Below, in pieces: positions 20,748-38,277 of a stretch of DNA of 64,000 nucleotides. Location of the stretch: assembly GCF_030013595.1 (NCBI RefSeq), contig NZ_CP122768.1; one strand, written 5' to 3'. This DNA comes from Escherichia coli. GTDB taxonomy: Bacteria > Pseudomonadota > Gammaproteobacteria > Enterobacterales > Enterobacteriaceae. A program made the translations under genes and the position numbers. Position 1 is the first letter of the stretch, and each line of letters starts with the position of its first letter. The notes below the pieces were generated by a model that saw only the letters and a list, made by a program, of their open reading frames with translations, had not been told where the DNA came from and ran no database searches.

Positions 20748-22282
20748 TAGCGGAGTCCTTGTCTGACATAACCGACCCATTTTGCGACTAACGCGGTCAG
20801 GGCAAAAATAATAAGCGGCAACAGTAGTTGCCATAAAGCCTGGGCGGCGAGAATACCGTTGCTGCCGCCGCTGCTTAATGCCACCGCTTCAGTGGTGAGC
20901 GTCGGAAAACGCCCCGCGCCCAGCCACAGCGTCGGCATATACTGTGCAATACTGACTGAAAATCCCACCGCGAAGACAATCAGCGCAGGGCGTAGCATGA
21001 GTGGGCATTTCACGTAAAAGAAGATTGTGGCCCGCGACCAGCCCAGTGTTTGCGCAATCAAAATTAACCGTGAATCAATGCGCTGCCAGGCGGGTTGCAG
21101 GATAAACAGCATCCACGGCATTACCCACAGCAGATGCCCCCAGACCACCGCCGTCCAGCTCCCATCCAGGTTCAGCCAGAGCGCCAGCGTGTACTGGCCT
21201 GCCACCAGTGGCAGAGCGGGTAATAAAATGGGCAACCATAGCCAGAAGTGCCGACGTGACGATCCCCATTCCAGCCACGCCAGTATCAGGAATAAAGCGA
21301 TAAACGTCGCGGTAAGTCCCATCGTCAGGCTATTGATGAGCGCTTCACTATTGATCGTCGACTGATCCGCGAGGATCGCCAACAGAACCACACACAGCAC
21401 ACCGGTCAAGGGTAAAAAACTCGCCAGCGTAATGCCTGGCAATAAAGGCGTGGCAGGCTTACGAACGCCATCTACGCGGGGAATAGTACGCCGCCAGCTA
21501 CGCCATAGCAGATAGCCCAGCAAAACGTAGGCGGCGAGTAACAGCATCAGCAGCAGGCTGGCGAGTGCGCCTTTCGTTTGTTGATCGGCGTCGCCCTGAG
21601 TTAACCACTGCCAGCTAATTACTGCCAGCGTCGGGGGATTACCTGGCCCAAGGATAATCGCCACATCCACGACCGACAGCGACCAGGCGACAATCGCCAG
21701 CATCGCCATTGCCAGTGCAGGTGCGACGGAGGGCAACAACAGCCAGTTCAGGCATTGCCAGCGGCTGTAGCCCAGCGAATCCAGTACAATAACTTGCTGC
21801 AACAGCCGTTTTTCGCTCAATACTGCCGCTAAGATCCACAGCAGAAATGCGCTTTCTTTCACTGCAAGGGTGAGGCCCAGACCGATGCCAAATCGGTCCA
21901 TTGGCGGAGTGAAATACGGGAAATAGTCATAAAGCAGCCCTCCGTCAGCAAAGAGCAGAAGGGCGCTGGTGGCAAAAGCCACATGGGGAATGGCGAGCAG
22001 CCACGGCAGACGGGCGCACATACGCTGCCATTTCGGCCCAGGGCACAGCGCCACAATCACCAGCAGGGCAATCAACAACGCCCCGACCGCCGCGATGGTT
22101 GTCGACACCAGCGTTGCCAGTAATGCCTGCGGTAACTGTGGATCGGCAAATAACGCCTGCCAGTGTGTCAACGACAAAGCAGGCGATATCAGCGTGAGAG
22201 CTGCCGGGATCAGCGGTGCATAAATCACCGCCACCATCGCCCACAGCAAAAAGATTAATGCGTACCGTAACGGCGTAACCAT
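20747..22282 (-). CDS. ynjC: ABC transporter permease (fused double domain)
   Basis: 511-aa polytopic membrane ORF; stop shares a base with the ynjD start. Confidence 0.8.
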   Translation of the reverse strand: MVTPLRYALIFLLWAMVAVIYAPLIPAALTLISPALSLTHWQALFADPQLPQALLATLVSTTIAAVGALLIALLVIVALCPGPKWQRMCARLPWLLAIPHVAFATSALLLFADGGLLYDYFPYFTPPMDRFGIGLGLTLAVKESAFLLWILAAVLSEKRLLQQVIVLDSLGYSRWQCLNWLLLPSVAPALAMAMLAIVAWSLSVVDVAIILGPGNPPTLAVISWQWLTQGDADQQTKGALASLLLMLLLAAYVLLGYLLWRSWRRTIPRVDGVRKPATPLLPGITLASFLPLTGVLCVVLLAILADQSTINSEALINSLTMGLTATFIALFLILAWLEWGSSRRHFWLWLPILLPALPLVAGQYTLALWLNLDGSWTAVVWGHLLWVMPWMLFILQPAWQRIDSRLILIAQTLGWSRATIFFYVKCPLMLRPALIVFAVGFSVSIAQYMPTLWLGAGRFPTLTTEAVALSSGGSNGILAAQALWQLLLPLIIFALTALVAKWVGYVRQGLR

Positions 22283-23421
22283 TCTTGTTCCAGTGCATTC
22301 ACCCATCCTGCGTGCGGTTCAGCCAGTACCGGCGGCAGATCCTGCGGCATTCTTGATTGCAATATTTCGCGCTGCTCGTCAGGCAGTTTTTGCGGATCGA
22401 GAACAGAAGGATCGCCCCAGACAGCGGGATCTGCTTTACGCAGTTGCGCATCGGGTGAGAGCAGGAAATTGGCAACTACCTTCGCCGCAGCACTAGCATT
22501 CGCGTTGGCTGGAATGGTGACGAAATGCACGTTGCCAATCATCCCCTCGCGAAAGCCAAAACTGTAACTGCTGGCGGGTAAATCGCCGCTGGCGATTTTT
22601 TGCTGCGCATGAGCAGGATTAAAGGTCAGCGACAGGCGCAATGTGCCGGCTTTCAGCAGAGCATCCATCCGCGCGGGCGAAGGCGGGAAATCCTTTCCTT
22701 CGCGCCATAAATACGGATGCAGCGCATCAAGAAATTGCCACAAGGGCGCAGTGACACGGGCGAAAGTCGCATCGTCCGGAGCTTCTTTTAATGCGGCGGG
22801 ATCGGGCGTCAGCATAATCAGCAACTGTTCAAGAAACGCCGTGCCGGTAAAGTCCGGTGGGCGCGGATAGGTAACCGTGCCAGGATTGGCTTTAGCAAAC
22901 TCCAGCAACGCTTGCGGCGTTTGTGGTGGCTGTGGCGTAACATCGCGGCGGGCGATAAACGTCAGTTGTGCGCCACCCCAGGGCGATTCAGCCCCTTCTG
23001 TAGGCACTGAAAAATCTTCCCGCACCGGCAGCTGTGTGTCGACATAGCGCCAGTTGGGCAGAGTCTCTGCCCAGTCGGTTTGCAGTAAATTAGCCTCTTT
23101 TAAGGTGCGGAAGTTTTCGCCGTTCACCCAGAGCAGATCCACCGAACCGCCTGTTTTGCGTCCGGCAGCAGCTTCGGTCTGAATGCGCTTCACCGCGTCT
23201 GCGGCATCCGCGAGACGAACAATCTTCAGGTTTATAGCGTAATGGGTTTTCATCTCGCCGCTAACCCAGTCGAGATAGCGGTTAATTGCCGTATCGCCGC
23301 CCCAGGCGTTAAACCAGACGGTTTGCCCTTTGGCGTCGTTTTTGATTTCCTGCCAGTCACTGGCATGTGTTGCCAAAGAAAACAGCGATAACAATCCCAG
23401 CAACCACCCACAATGGCGCAT
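22255..23421 (-). CDS. ynjB: ABC transporter periplasmic substrate-binding protein (thiamine/iron-type fold)
   Basis: Signal peptide then SBP-like sequence; 3' end overlaps the ynjC start by about 28 nt; start at 23421 or 23424. Confidence 0.8.
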   Translation of the reverse strand: MRHCGWLLGLLSLFSLATHASDWQEIKNDAKGQTVWFNAWGGDTAINRYLDWVSGEMKTHYAINLKIVRLADAADAVKRIQTEAAAGRKTGGSVDLLWVNGENFRTLKEANLLQTDWAETLPNWRYVDTQLPVREDFSVPTEGAESPWGGAQLTFIARRDVTPQPPQTPQALLEFAKANPGTVTYPRPPDFTGTAFLEQLLIMLTPDPAALKEAPDDATFARVTAPLWQFLDALHPYLWREGKDFPPSPARMDALLKAGTLRLSLTFNPAHAQQKIASGDLPASSYSFGFREGMIGNVHFVTIPANANASAAAKVVANFLLSPDAQLRKADPAVWGDPSVLDPQKLPDEQREILQSRMPQDLPPVLAEPHAGWVNALEQEWLRRYGTH

Positions 23422-23978
23422 CATCTCTCCTTAAGAACGTTTTCAGGAATACGGCACAGCCCCTGAGCGGGAATGTCCATGGCAGAATTAAAACGGGCTG
23501 ACAGGTTTTGCAGGCCGATCAATACCGTCAGTTCGGTGAGCGCCTGGGCGTCAAAATGCGCAGCCAGTCGGGTACGCAGGGCATCATCGACCGTTGGCGG
23601 CGTTACGCTTGCGGCTTCGGCGTACTCCAGCGCCAGCCGTTCTTCATCGCTAAAGAGCGGGCTTTGCCGCCAGTCAGCCACTGCCAGCAGTTTATCGGTG
23701 CTGCCAGTGCGCTCGGCGACTTTCATACTGGTGATATCCACGCAAAACTCACACAGACACATTTGCGCAATGCGCGCGCTGACAAGCGATCGTACTACCG
23801 GATCGAGCGGTGAGCGTTTGCGCTCCAGCCAGCCGACAAACATCGACACCAGATAAAAGATAAACGGAATTCGCCCCCACCAGCGAATCGGGCTTAGCAC
23901 CTCGCCGTAATGGCGACGATGCAGCCACGCCTGCGGACGTAAAATGAAAGGAATTTTGCTAAGCGGCGGTAAACCCAT
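23421..23978 (-). CDS. ynjA: carboxymuconolactone decarboxylase / AhpD-like family protein
   Basis: 185-aa ORF with CxxC-type motif region (CLCEFC); precise start uncertain. Confidence 0.75.
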   Translation of the reverse strand: MGLPPLSKIPFILRPQAWLHRRHYGEVLSPIRWWGRIPFIFYLVSMFVGWLERKRSPLDPVVRSLVSARIAQMCLCEFCVDITSMKVAERTGSTDKLLAVADWRQSPLFSDEERLALEYAEAASVTPPTVDDALRTRLAAHFDAQALTELTVLIGLQNLSARFNSAMDIPAQGLCRIPENVLKER

Positions 23979-24685
23979 CAGGCATTCCTCTTCTGGCGCT
24001 CAAGCCATATTTTCTTCGCCATAAAAATCACCACGGTCAGGGCAAACAGAATAAACAGTCCGGTGACAAACCAGAAAGTACCGCCTGTTAACATGCTGCC
24101 CGCCCAGGAATAAACAATAGTCGCTGGTAACTGACCAAGCCCGGTGGCGATAAAAAACGAGCGAAAACGTATTGAAGTCAAACCGGCAGCATAGCTGATT
24201 GGATCGAAAGGGACAAAAGGCAATAACCGACAGACCAGAATGGTGTGTTTGCCGTAGCGAGTGAAAAAGCCGTCCATACTGTCAAGCACGGTTTTGCCGG
24301 TTAATTTTTCCACCACTTCGCGGCCCATCACTCTGGCGATAAAAAAGCACAGCGCCGCGCCGGCCATCGAACTGGTCCACGACAGTAAGCCGCCCCAGAA
24401 CGCGCCAAACAGCGACGCATTGGCAAAGGTGATCAAAAACGCAGGTAGCGGTGCAGCAATGGCCTGTAAAATCATCAACAAGAACGAGACAACTGCCGCC
24501 AGTGCGCCGTAAGACTGAATAAAGCGTTCTATACCCTGTTGGTCCACGGCGGCAAACGCCGCAACGCTGCGATTGATAAACTCATGGACGCCGGGAAGCA
24601 GCGCCCATGCCAGCAGCATAGCGAACAACAGGATGATGAGGGTTATACGGTAATACCAGATTTTTCGCGATTGCATCTTCATCAT
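23978..24685 (-). CDS. ydjZ: TVP38/TMEM64 (DedA-like) inner membrane protein
   Basis: 235-aa polytopic ORF; paralogous to ydjX. Confidence 0.8.
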   Translation of the reverse strand: MMKMQSRKIWYYRITLIILLFAMLLAWALLPGVHEFINRSVAAFAAVDQQGIERFIQSYGALAAVVSFLLMILQAIAAPLPAFLITFANASLFGAFWGGLLSWTSSMAGAALCFFIARVMGREVVEKLTGKTVLDSMDGFFTRYGKHTILVCRLLPFVPFDPISYAAGLTSIRFRSFFIATGLGQLPATIVYSWAGSMLTGGTFWFVTGLFILFALTVVIFMAKKIWLERQKRNA

Positions 24686-24699
24686 CCTTTATTCTGGCT

Positions 24700-25377
24700 T
24701 TATTCGGTGATTTTAAAGGTAACCGTTGCCAGCGTGTTATCCGCCGGGAGAACCGAGGCATTGCCTTTGAATTTAACTTCACCTCGTTTTTCAACCGCAC
24801 CATAAGTGTATGTTGCATTGCTGACGATGCCGACCGGGCAGCTATCCAGACACACCAGGCAGCCCGTTTTCTTCTCTTCTGCTGCCGTTAAATTACCGCC
24901 AAAGCGCATGTCCAGTTTCTTGCCATTACTGTCAACAATCACTTCATCGAAGGAATACGCTTTTGCCGCCCCTTGCCAGTTGACCGAAATATCCAGTTTG
25001 CTGCCTGTGACATGAGTCGTTTCTTTATTATCCATCGTCATGTTTTCGCCCGGTGTACCACCTGCCTCTTTCAGGGCTTCATAAAATGCTTTCGGGGTCG
25101 CATAACCCATAAACAGCGATTTATGTCCGTTGGAGCCATCTTTAAACACAATACCGTGACGAGTGTCGTCGGTGAGGAAACGACCATTAATTTGCACCAG
25201 CATGGTTACCGTATGGTTATTAGCATCGACACGCAGCGGTTGGCTGTTCGAAAGTTCGTCGTATTCCACTTTTGCCGCCGCATTCTCTTTTTGATCGCAG
25301 CCGCTAAGCCCGGCAACAGCCAGTAAGCAGAGTGCAGTCAGTCCTTTTTTCCATGACACTGAATAATGTTGCAACAT
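24700..25377 (-). CDS. ydjY: predicted lipoprotein of unknown function
   Basis: ORF track 5'-extended; start MLQHYSVSWKKGLTALCLLAVAGLSGC (lipobox) at 25377 gives 225 aa. Confidence 0.75.
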   Translation of the reverse strand: MLQHYSVSWKKGLTALCLLAVAGLSGCDQKENAAAKVEYDELSNSQPLRVDANNHTVTMLVQINGRFLTDDTRHGIVFKDGSNGHKSLFMGYATPKAFYEALKEAGGTPGENMTMDNKETTHVTGSKLDISVNWQGAAKAYSFDEVIVDSNGKKLDMRFGGNLTAAEEKKTGCLVCLDSCPVGIVSNATYTYGAVEKRGEVKFKGNASVLPADNTLATVTFKITE

Positions 25378-25381
25378 CGTT

Positions 25382-26092
25382 CTATCCTTCATTTTTGGGG
25401 TGAGTAAGTGGGCTGCGGCGAGAAGCAGACAGATCCACATGTTTGTGTCGGGCATAGAGTTTGGCGAGCTGGACGAGAATAAACAGCGCCATGCCCGCCA
25501 GACAGAGTTGTAATATAAAGCGCAGCGTAATGCCTTCATTGGCGAGATCGCTTGCCATCACGGTATAAATAACAATACCGGGCAGGGTTGTGAGTGCCGA
25601 AATAAGGGTATAAGGCCAGAAGGTGATTGTGGTTAATCCGTAAGCGTAATTTTGAATATTGTAAGGAAACAACGGGATTAAGCGGGTCAGAATAAGAAAA
25701 TCAATACCGTTACGCGCAATGCCTTTTTCAATGGCCTGAAAGGTATGGCTATGGCCAACGTATTTCAGCAGTAAATCACGTCCCAGCCAGCGCGCCAGCA
25801 GGAATGAGCACGAGGAGGCCAGCGTGGCGGCAATTAATGATAGTAGTGTCCCTAAGAGCGGGCCAAAAACTATTCCTCCAGCGATCACCAGTATGCTTCC
25901 TGGTAACAGAAAGAGGGTGGCAATGATGAATAACAGAATATAGAGGCTATAACCGAACAATCCGCTCTGGCGAATGAGTGTCAGTAAGTGAGGTAAATCG
26001 GTGAGCAGCTCGAATAAACAGAAAGCGTGGAAAGCGTAAATGACCAGCGCAAAAATAAGACAGGCAAAAAGAAATTTACGCTCAGCGTTCAT
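25382..26092 (-). CDS. ydjX: TVP38/TMEM64 (DedA-like) inner membrane protein
   Basis: Start MNAERKF at 26092 gives 236 aa; membrane profile. Confidence 0.8.
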   Translation of the reverse strand: MNAERKFLFACLIFALVIYAFHAFCLFELLTDLPHLLTLIRQSGLFGYSLYILLFIIATLFLLPGSILVIAGGIVFGPLLGTLLSLIAATLASSCSFLLARWLGRDLLLKYVGHSHTFQAIEKGIARNGIDFLILTRLIPLFPYNIQNYAYGLTTITFWPYTLISALTTLPGIVIYTVMASDLANEGITLRFILQLCLAGMALFILVQLAKLYARHKHVDLSASRRSPLTHPKNEG

Positions 26093-26258
26093 CGTGGAGT
26101 TTCCTATATCAAACTTGATAATAGAGAAGTGGTCAGACAACTAAAAACGCAGTGACGGTATAACAAAGGGCGGCAGGCAACAAATCATTACTGACAGTTT
26201 GTTGATTTTTCTCAAGGTTAATTCTCCTGACCCAGTTTGAGCCAGGAGAACAGCTAAA

Positions 26259-27065
26259 TTAGCGGCGGAAGGTCGCCCAGACGGGGGCGTGATCGGACGG
26301 TTTTTCCATGCTGCGGATTTCATAGTCGATGCCCGTTTCTACGCAACATTCTGCCAGCGGTTGGCTGGCGAGAAGCAGGTCGATACGCAGACCTCGGTTA
26401 TCGTCAAAACCTTTTGAGCGGTAATCAAACCATGAGAAACGATCGGCTGTTTGCGGATTCGCATGGCGGAAGGTATCGACCAACCCCCAGCTCATCAGTC
26501 TCTCCATCCATTCGCGTTCCTCCGGAAGGAAAGAACATTTTCCGGTACGCAGCCAGCGTTTACGGTTCTCTTCGCCAATGCCAATATCCAGGTCGCCAGG
26601 ACTAATATTCATATCGCCCATAATCAGCACCGGATTTTCACGCTTGAGTTCGGTTTCCAGGTAGTTTTGCAGATTCTGATAAAACTGCGCCTTTGCCGGG
26701 AATTTTATCGGATGGTCGCGGCTTTCACCCTGCGGGAAGTAACCGTTGATCACGGTAACATTGCCCAGCGTCGAGGGGATTTCCGCCATAATAATTCGCC
26801 GTTGCGCCTCTTCGTCATCACCCGGAAAACCGCGACGCACGGCAATCGGCGTCTCTTTGGTCAGCAGCGCCACGCCATAATGGCCTTTCTGCCCGTGATA
26901 AAACACGTTGTAGCCGAGCTTCGCCACCTCTTCGAGTGGAAACATATCGTCATGAACTTTTGTCTCCTGCAGGCCAATCACATCCGGTTGGTGCTTTTCG
27001 ACGATGGCTTCAAGCTGGTGAGGTCTGGCGCGCAGGCCGTTGATATTAAAAGAGACAAATTTCAT
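26259..27065 (-). CDS. xthA: exodeoxyribonuclease III
   Basis: Start [17 protein letters not shown] at 27065 gives 268 aa; AP endonuclease family. Confidence 0.95.
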   Translation of the reverse strand: MKFVSFNINGLRARPHQLEAIVEKHQPDVIGLQETKVHDDMFPLEEVAKLGYNVFYHGQKGHYGVALLTKETPIAVRRGFPGDDEEAQRRIIMAEIPSTLGNVTVINGYFPQGESRDHPIKFPAKAQFYQNLQNYLETELKRENPVLIMGDMNISPGDLDIGIGEENRKRWLRTGKCSFLPEEREWMERLMSWGLVDTFRHANPQTADRFSWFDYRSKGFDDNRGLRIDLLLASQPLAECCVETGIDYEIRSMEKPSDHAPVWATFRR

Positions 27066-27422
27066 AGTCGCTGCCATTTATTCAGATAAAGAGTGCGTGG
27101 ATGGTAGCAGAATTTCGCTTTGCGTACCGCCTGTTGTTAAGTGATTTGATCGATAGTTGTTAATGATGTCAACGATGGCGCAAAAAATGCCCGCTTTTGG
27201 TGCGCGCTGCGTCAGAATGGCGCAGTAATTTCCAGTAAATTTCGTCAATGATCACAATTCCAGAATTATATTTTACTTCTGCATAACATTGCGTTTTTTA
27301 TTCTTTTTATTCACCCACATCGCAAACGTATTCACTTTATATGCACTTTAAATGCATATGGTTTGGTTATAACTGCTTGATTTCCAGTTAGCCTCCGCGA
27401 TTTATGCACTTTTATCACTGGC

Positions 27423-27438
27423 TGGCACGAACCCTGCA
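27423..27438 (+). promoter_or_regulatory. sigma54 (-24/-12) promoter of the ast operon
   Basis: TGGCACGaaccCTGCA read directly; GG and GC 12 nt apart, about 70 nt upstream of the astC ATG; the ast operon is known to be NtrC/sigma54- and sigmaS-dependent. Confidence 0.65.
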
Positions 27439-27474
27439 ATCTACATTTACAGCGCAAACATTACTTATTATTAA

Positions 27475-33538
<6,064 letters not shown>

Positions 33539-33866
33539 TACTTACGCGCAGAAATCATTCTGCGGGTATTAAGTTACTTTCTTATAAATTAATACAGATT
33601 AATCCTGGTTATTTGCTTTATTTATCACCAGTCATCCGGTATAGTTCTTCATAATCTCTGCAAAATCATCGTGTTGTAATATTCCCTCATCACTCTCCAT
33701 CAAATTTTCTTTTTTCTCCATAATTGGCGCAAAAGTGTTTTTTACACTTTCATTGTTTTACTGTTGCTCTGATTAATTGACGCTAAAGTCAGTAAAGTTA
33801 ATCTCGTCAACACGGCACGCTACTTAAGAAAGCCGTAATAAATAACTGAAAGGAAGGATATAGAAT

Positions 33867-34352
33867 ATGCGTAAATTAACTGCACTGTTTGTTGCCTCTA
33901 CCCTGGCTCTTGGCGCGGCTAACCTGGCCCATGCCGCAGACACCACTACCGCAGCACCGGCTGACGCGAAGCCGATGATGCACCACAAAGGCAAGTTCGG
34001 TCCGCATCAGGACATGATGTTCAAAGACCTGAACCTGACCGACGCGCAGAAACAGCAGATCCGCGAAATCATGAAAGGCCAGCGTGACCAGATGAAACGT
34101 CCGCCGCTGGAAGAACGCCGCGCAATGCATGACATCATTGCCAGCGATACCTTCGATAAAGCAAAAGCTGAAGCGCAGATCGCAAAAATGGAAGAACAGC
34201 GCAAAGCTAACATGCTGGCGCACATGGAAACCCAGAACAAGATTTACAACATCCTGACGCCGGAACAGAAAAAGCAATTTAATGCTAATTTTGAGAAGCG
34301 TCTGACAGAACGTCCAGCGGCAAAAGGTAAAATGCCTGCAACTGCTGAATAA
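33867..34352 (+). CDS. spy: periplasmic ATP-independent chaperone Spy
   Basis: 161-aa ORF with signal peptide and LTDAQKQQIREIMKGQRDQM-type helices. Confidence 0.95.
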   Translation: MRKLTALFVASTLALGAANLAHAADTTTAAPADAKPMMHHKGKFGPHQDMMFKDLNLTDAQKQQIREIMKGQRDQMKRPPLEERRAMHDIIASDTFDKAKAEAQIAKMEEQRKANMLAHMETQNKIYNILTPEQKKQFNANFEKRLTERPAAKGKMPATAE

Positions 34353-34373
34353 TCTTTCAGCCAAAAAACTTAA

Positions 34374-34437
34374 GACCGCCGGTCTTGTCCACTACCTTGC
34401 AGTAATGCGGTGGACAGGATCGGCGGTTTTCTTTTTT
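34374..34437 (+). terminator. spy rho-independent terminator (long GC hairpin followed by TTTTCTTTTTT)
   Basis: CCGCCGGTCTTGTCCAC ... GTGGACAGGATCGGCGG followed by a T-run. Confidence 0.55.
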
Positions 34438-34476
34438 GTTCTCAAACAGATGCAAAAAAAGCCTGATCGCCACTAA

Positions 34477-35977
<1,501 letters not shown>

Positions 35978-35990
35978 TGTTGACTCCGAA

Positions 35991-36010
35991 TGCTGGTTAT
36001 CTATCCAGTG
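35991..36010 (-). promoter_or_regulatory. LexA (SOS) box upstream of cho
   Basis: Reverse complement reads CACTGGATAGATAACCAGCA (CTGG-N8-CCAG variant), 14 nt upstream of the cho start; cho is an established SOS gene. Confidence 0.6.
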
Positions 36011-36141
36011 TAACAGGCGGGGAGCGATTAAAAAAGAGGCGGGTTGATGACAAAGGTTACACCGTCTGACGTGCTACGCCTGTCAGGCCTATTCGACTCC
36101 TGCAATATATTGAATTTGCATAGTTTTGTGGGGCGAATAAG

Positions 36142-36167
36142 GCGTTCACGCCGCATCCGGCGTGAAC
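36142..36167. repeat. REP-like palindrome in the cho-nadE intergenic region
   Basis: CGTTCACGCCGCATCCGGCGTGAAC inverted repeat. Confidence 0.45.
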
Positions 36168-36206
36168 AAAGTACTCTTTTTCGCACAAACCAATATGTGC
36201 AAATTA

Positions 36207-37034
36207 TTACTTTTTCCAGAAATCATCGAAAACGGTAATTGGCGGACGGCGTTTATGTTCGGTTTTCAGATACCAGTTCTCTATTGTTCTGGCGACCTGT
36301 TCAGGTAGGTTTTTCCCTTCCAGATAGTCGTCAATATTGTCATAGGTCACGCCGAGTGCCACTTCATCTGGCAGAGAAGGGCGATCATCTTCCAGATCGG
36401 CCGTTGGGGCTTTCTTATAAAGGTGTTTCGGGCAACCTAATGCCGCCAGTAACTGTTTACCCTGGCGTTTGTTGAGACGATACAGCGGATTAATGTCCGT
36501 ACCGCCGTCACCATATTTAGTGAAGAATCCGGTAATGGCTTCTGCTGCATGATCGGTGCCCACCACGACACCGCTGGTCATACCCGCAATGCTATATTGT
36601 GCTTTCATCCGCTCACGCGCTTTTTCATTGCCACGGACAAAATCGCTCAGTTCAATGCCTGCTTCCCGCAATGCCTGCTCGCTGGCCAATACCGCGCCCT
36701 TGATATTAACGGTTAATACGCGATCCGGTTGAATAAAGGCAATGGCATCCTGGCAATCTTGTTCGTCGGCCTGAACACCATAGGGCAGGCGTACGGCAAT
36801 AAATTGCAGCGATTCGTTGCCGGTTTCCTGGCGCAGCTCATTAATCGCCATCTGGCACAGCTTTCCGGCAAGCGTGGAGTCCTGACCGCCGCTGATCCCG
36901 AGCACCAGTGATTTAATGAACGGATAAGTTTGCAGGTAGCTTTTCAGAAAATCGACACTACGACGAATTTCCTCTTCAGCATTAATCTGCGGTTTTGCGC
37001 CCAGCGCCTTTATTATTTGTTGTTGCAATGTCAT
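36207..37034 (-). CDS. nadE: NH3-dependent NAD+ synthetase
   Basis: 275-aa [20 protein letters not shown] with SGGQDS PP-loop motif. Confidence 0.95.
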   Translation of the reverse strand: MTLQQQIIKALGAKPQINAEEEIRRSVDFLKSYLQTYPFIKSLVLGISGGQDSTLAGKLCQMAINELRQETGNESLQFIAVRLPYGVQADEQDCQDAIAFIQPDRVLTVNIKGAVLASEQALREAGIELSDFVRGNEKARERMKAQYSIAGMTSGVVVGTDHAAEAITGFFTKYGDGGTDINPLYRLNKRQGKQLLAALGCPKHLYKKAPTADLEDDRPSLPDEVALGVTYDNIDDYLEGKNLPEQVARTIENWYLKTEHKRRPPITVFDDFWKK

Positions 37035-37235
37035 TGAACCCCTCCAGACAGAAAAGACAAAACTTCCTTAAAGCTAACCCGTTGCTACTGAAACGACAAG
37101 CGACAGCGGGTTGAATGGTGGTTAAAACGTCATACAGGAATCCTCTGAAAGCGGAGCCGTTTCGTTCACGGGCTTGAAAAAGCGCCCAATGTATTCCAGG
37201 CTTATCTAACACGCTGATAAACAAGAGGACGGAAT

Positions 37236-37574
37236 ATGAACAAGAATATGGCAGGAATTCTGAGTGCAGCGGCGGTATTAACCATGCTGGCGGGTTGTAC
37301 GGCTTATGATCGTACCAAAGACCAGTTTGTACAGCCTGTGGTGAAAGACGTCAAAAAAGGCATGAGCCGGGCGCAGGTTGCACAAATTGCGGGTAAACCT
37401 TCGTCTGAAGTGAGCATGATCCATGCTCGTGGTACTTGCCAGACCTACATCCTGGGTCAACGTGATGGTAAAGCAGAAACCTACTTTGTCGCGTTAGATG
37501 ATACCGGACATGTCATCAACTCCGGTTATCAGACCTGTGCTGAATACGACACTGATCCACAGGCTGCGAAGTAA
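37236..37574 (+). CDS. osmE: osmotically inducible lipoprotein E
   Basis: 112-aa ORF with lipobox (LAGC). Confidence 0.9.
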
Positions 37575-37606
37575 TCACTTCGCCTGAAAGCTTGAGTTAC
37601 AACGGA

Positions 37607-37632
37607 AACCGGCCATTGCGCCGGTTTTTTTT
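37607..37632 (+). terminator. osmE rho-independent terminator
   Basis: AACCGGCcattgcGCCGGTT followed by TTTTTT. Confidence 0.6.
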
Positions 37633-37671
37633 GGCCTGAGTTCTTAATTATCTTCGCGAATTATTTGCCCG

Positions 37672-37693
37672 AAATGTGAAGAGGGTCATAACC
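37672..37693. promoter_or_regulatory. candidate CRP site in the chbB promoter region
   Basis: aaaTGTGAagagggTCATAacc, close to the TGTGA-N6-TCACA consensus; the chb operon is known to be CRP/NagC/ChbR controlled. Confidence 0.45.
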
Positions 37694-37872
37694 GCAGGTC
37701 AAGGAGAGACAATTTATAAGGTCAAAGAAATACTATTGCTCAGGTCTATACCGTATACTCCTTTCAGCCACAAAAAAAGTCATGTTGGTTTCGCAAGTTA
37801 CCCAGAGCATGGAAGCAGGTTAAGGCTTGCGGAGTGTCTGGCTGACAGATAATCGTCGATGAGGGCAGTTTT

Positions 37873-38193
37873 ATGGAAAAGAAACACATTTATCTGTTTT
37901 GTTCTGCGGGCATGTCTACCTCTTTACTGGTATCAAAAATGCGCGCACAGGCAGAAAAATATGAAGTTCCGGTCATTATTGAAGCATTTCCGGAAACACT
38001 GGCTGGTGAAAAAGGTCAGAATGCCGATGTCGTGTTATTAGGGCCGCAGATTGCTTATATGTTGCCCGAAATCCAGCGTTTGTTACCCAACAAACCGGTT
38101 GAAGTAATTGACTCGCTGCTTTATGGCAAAGTCGATGGTTTAGGCGTGCTTAAGGCTGCGGTTGCAGCGATTAAAAAAGCCGCAGCAAATTAA
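37873..38193 (+). CDS. chbB: PTS chitobiose-specific EIIB component
   Basis: 106-aa [23 protein letters not shown] (EIIB-Lac family, active-site Cys). Confidence 0.95.
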   Translation: MEKKHIYLFCSAGMSTSLLVSKMRAQAEKYEVPVIIEAFPETLAGEKGQNADVVLLGPQIAYMLPEIQRLLPNKPVEVIDSLLYGKVDGLGVLKAAVAAIKKAAAN

Positions 38194-38277
38194 TTTATTT
38201 TAAATTTTCCCGTCAAAGAGTTATTTCATAAATCAATACCGTAATATTTAAATTGCGGTTTTTAAGGGTATTTTTCT

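Noticed and set aside
26223-26249. Hairpin TCTCCTG...CAGGAGA downstream of xthA as an intrinsic terminator
   Set aside because: No adjacent U-tract on the xthA strand; insufficient evidence
36044-36238. 64-aa ORF in the cho-nadE intergenic region
   Set aside because: Overlaps REP-like palindromes and the nadE 3' end; no RBS; most likely non-coding
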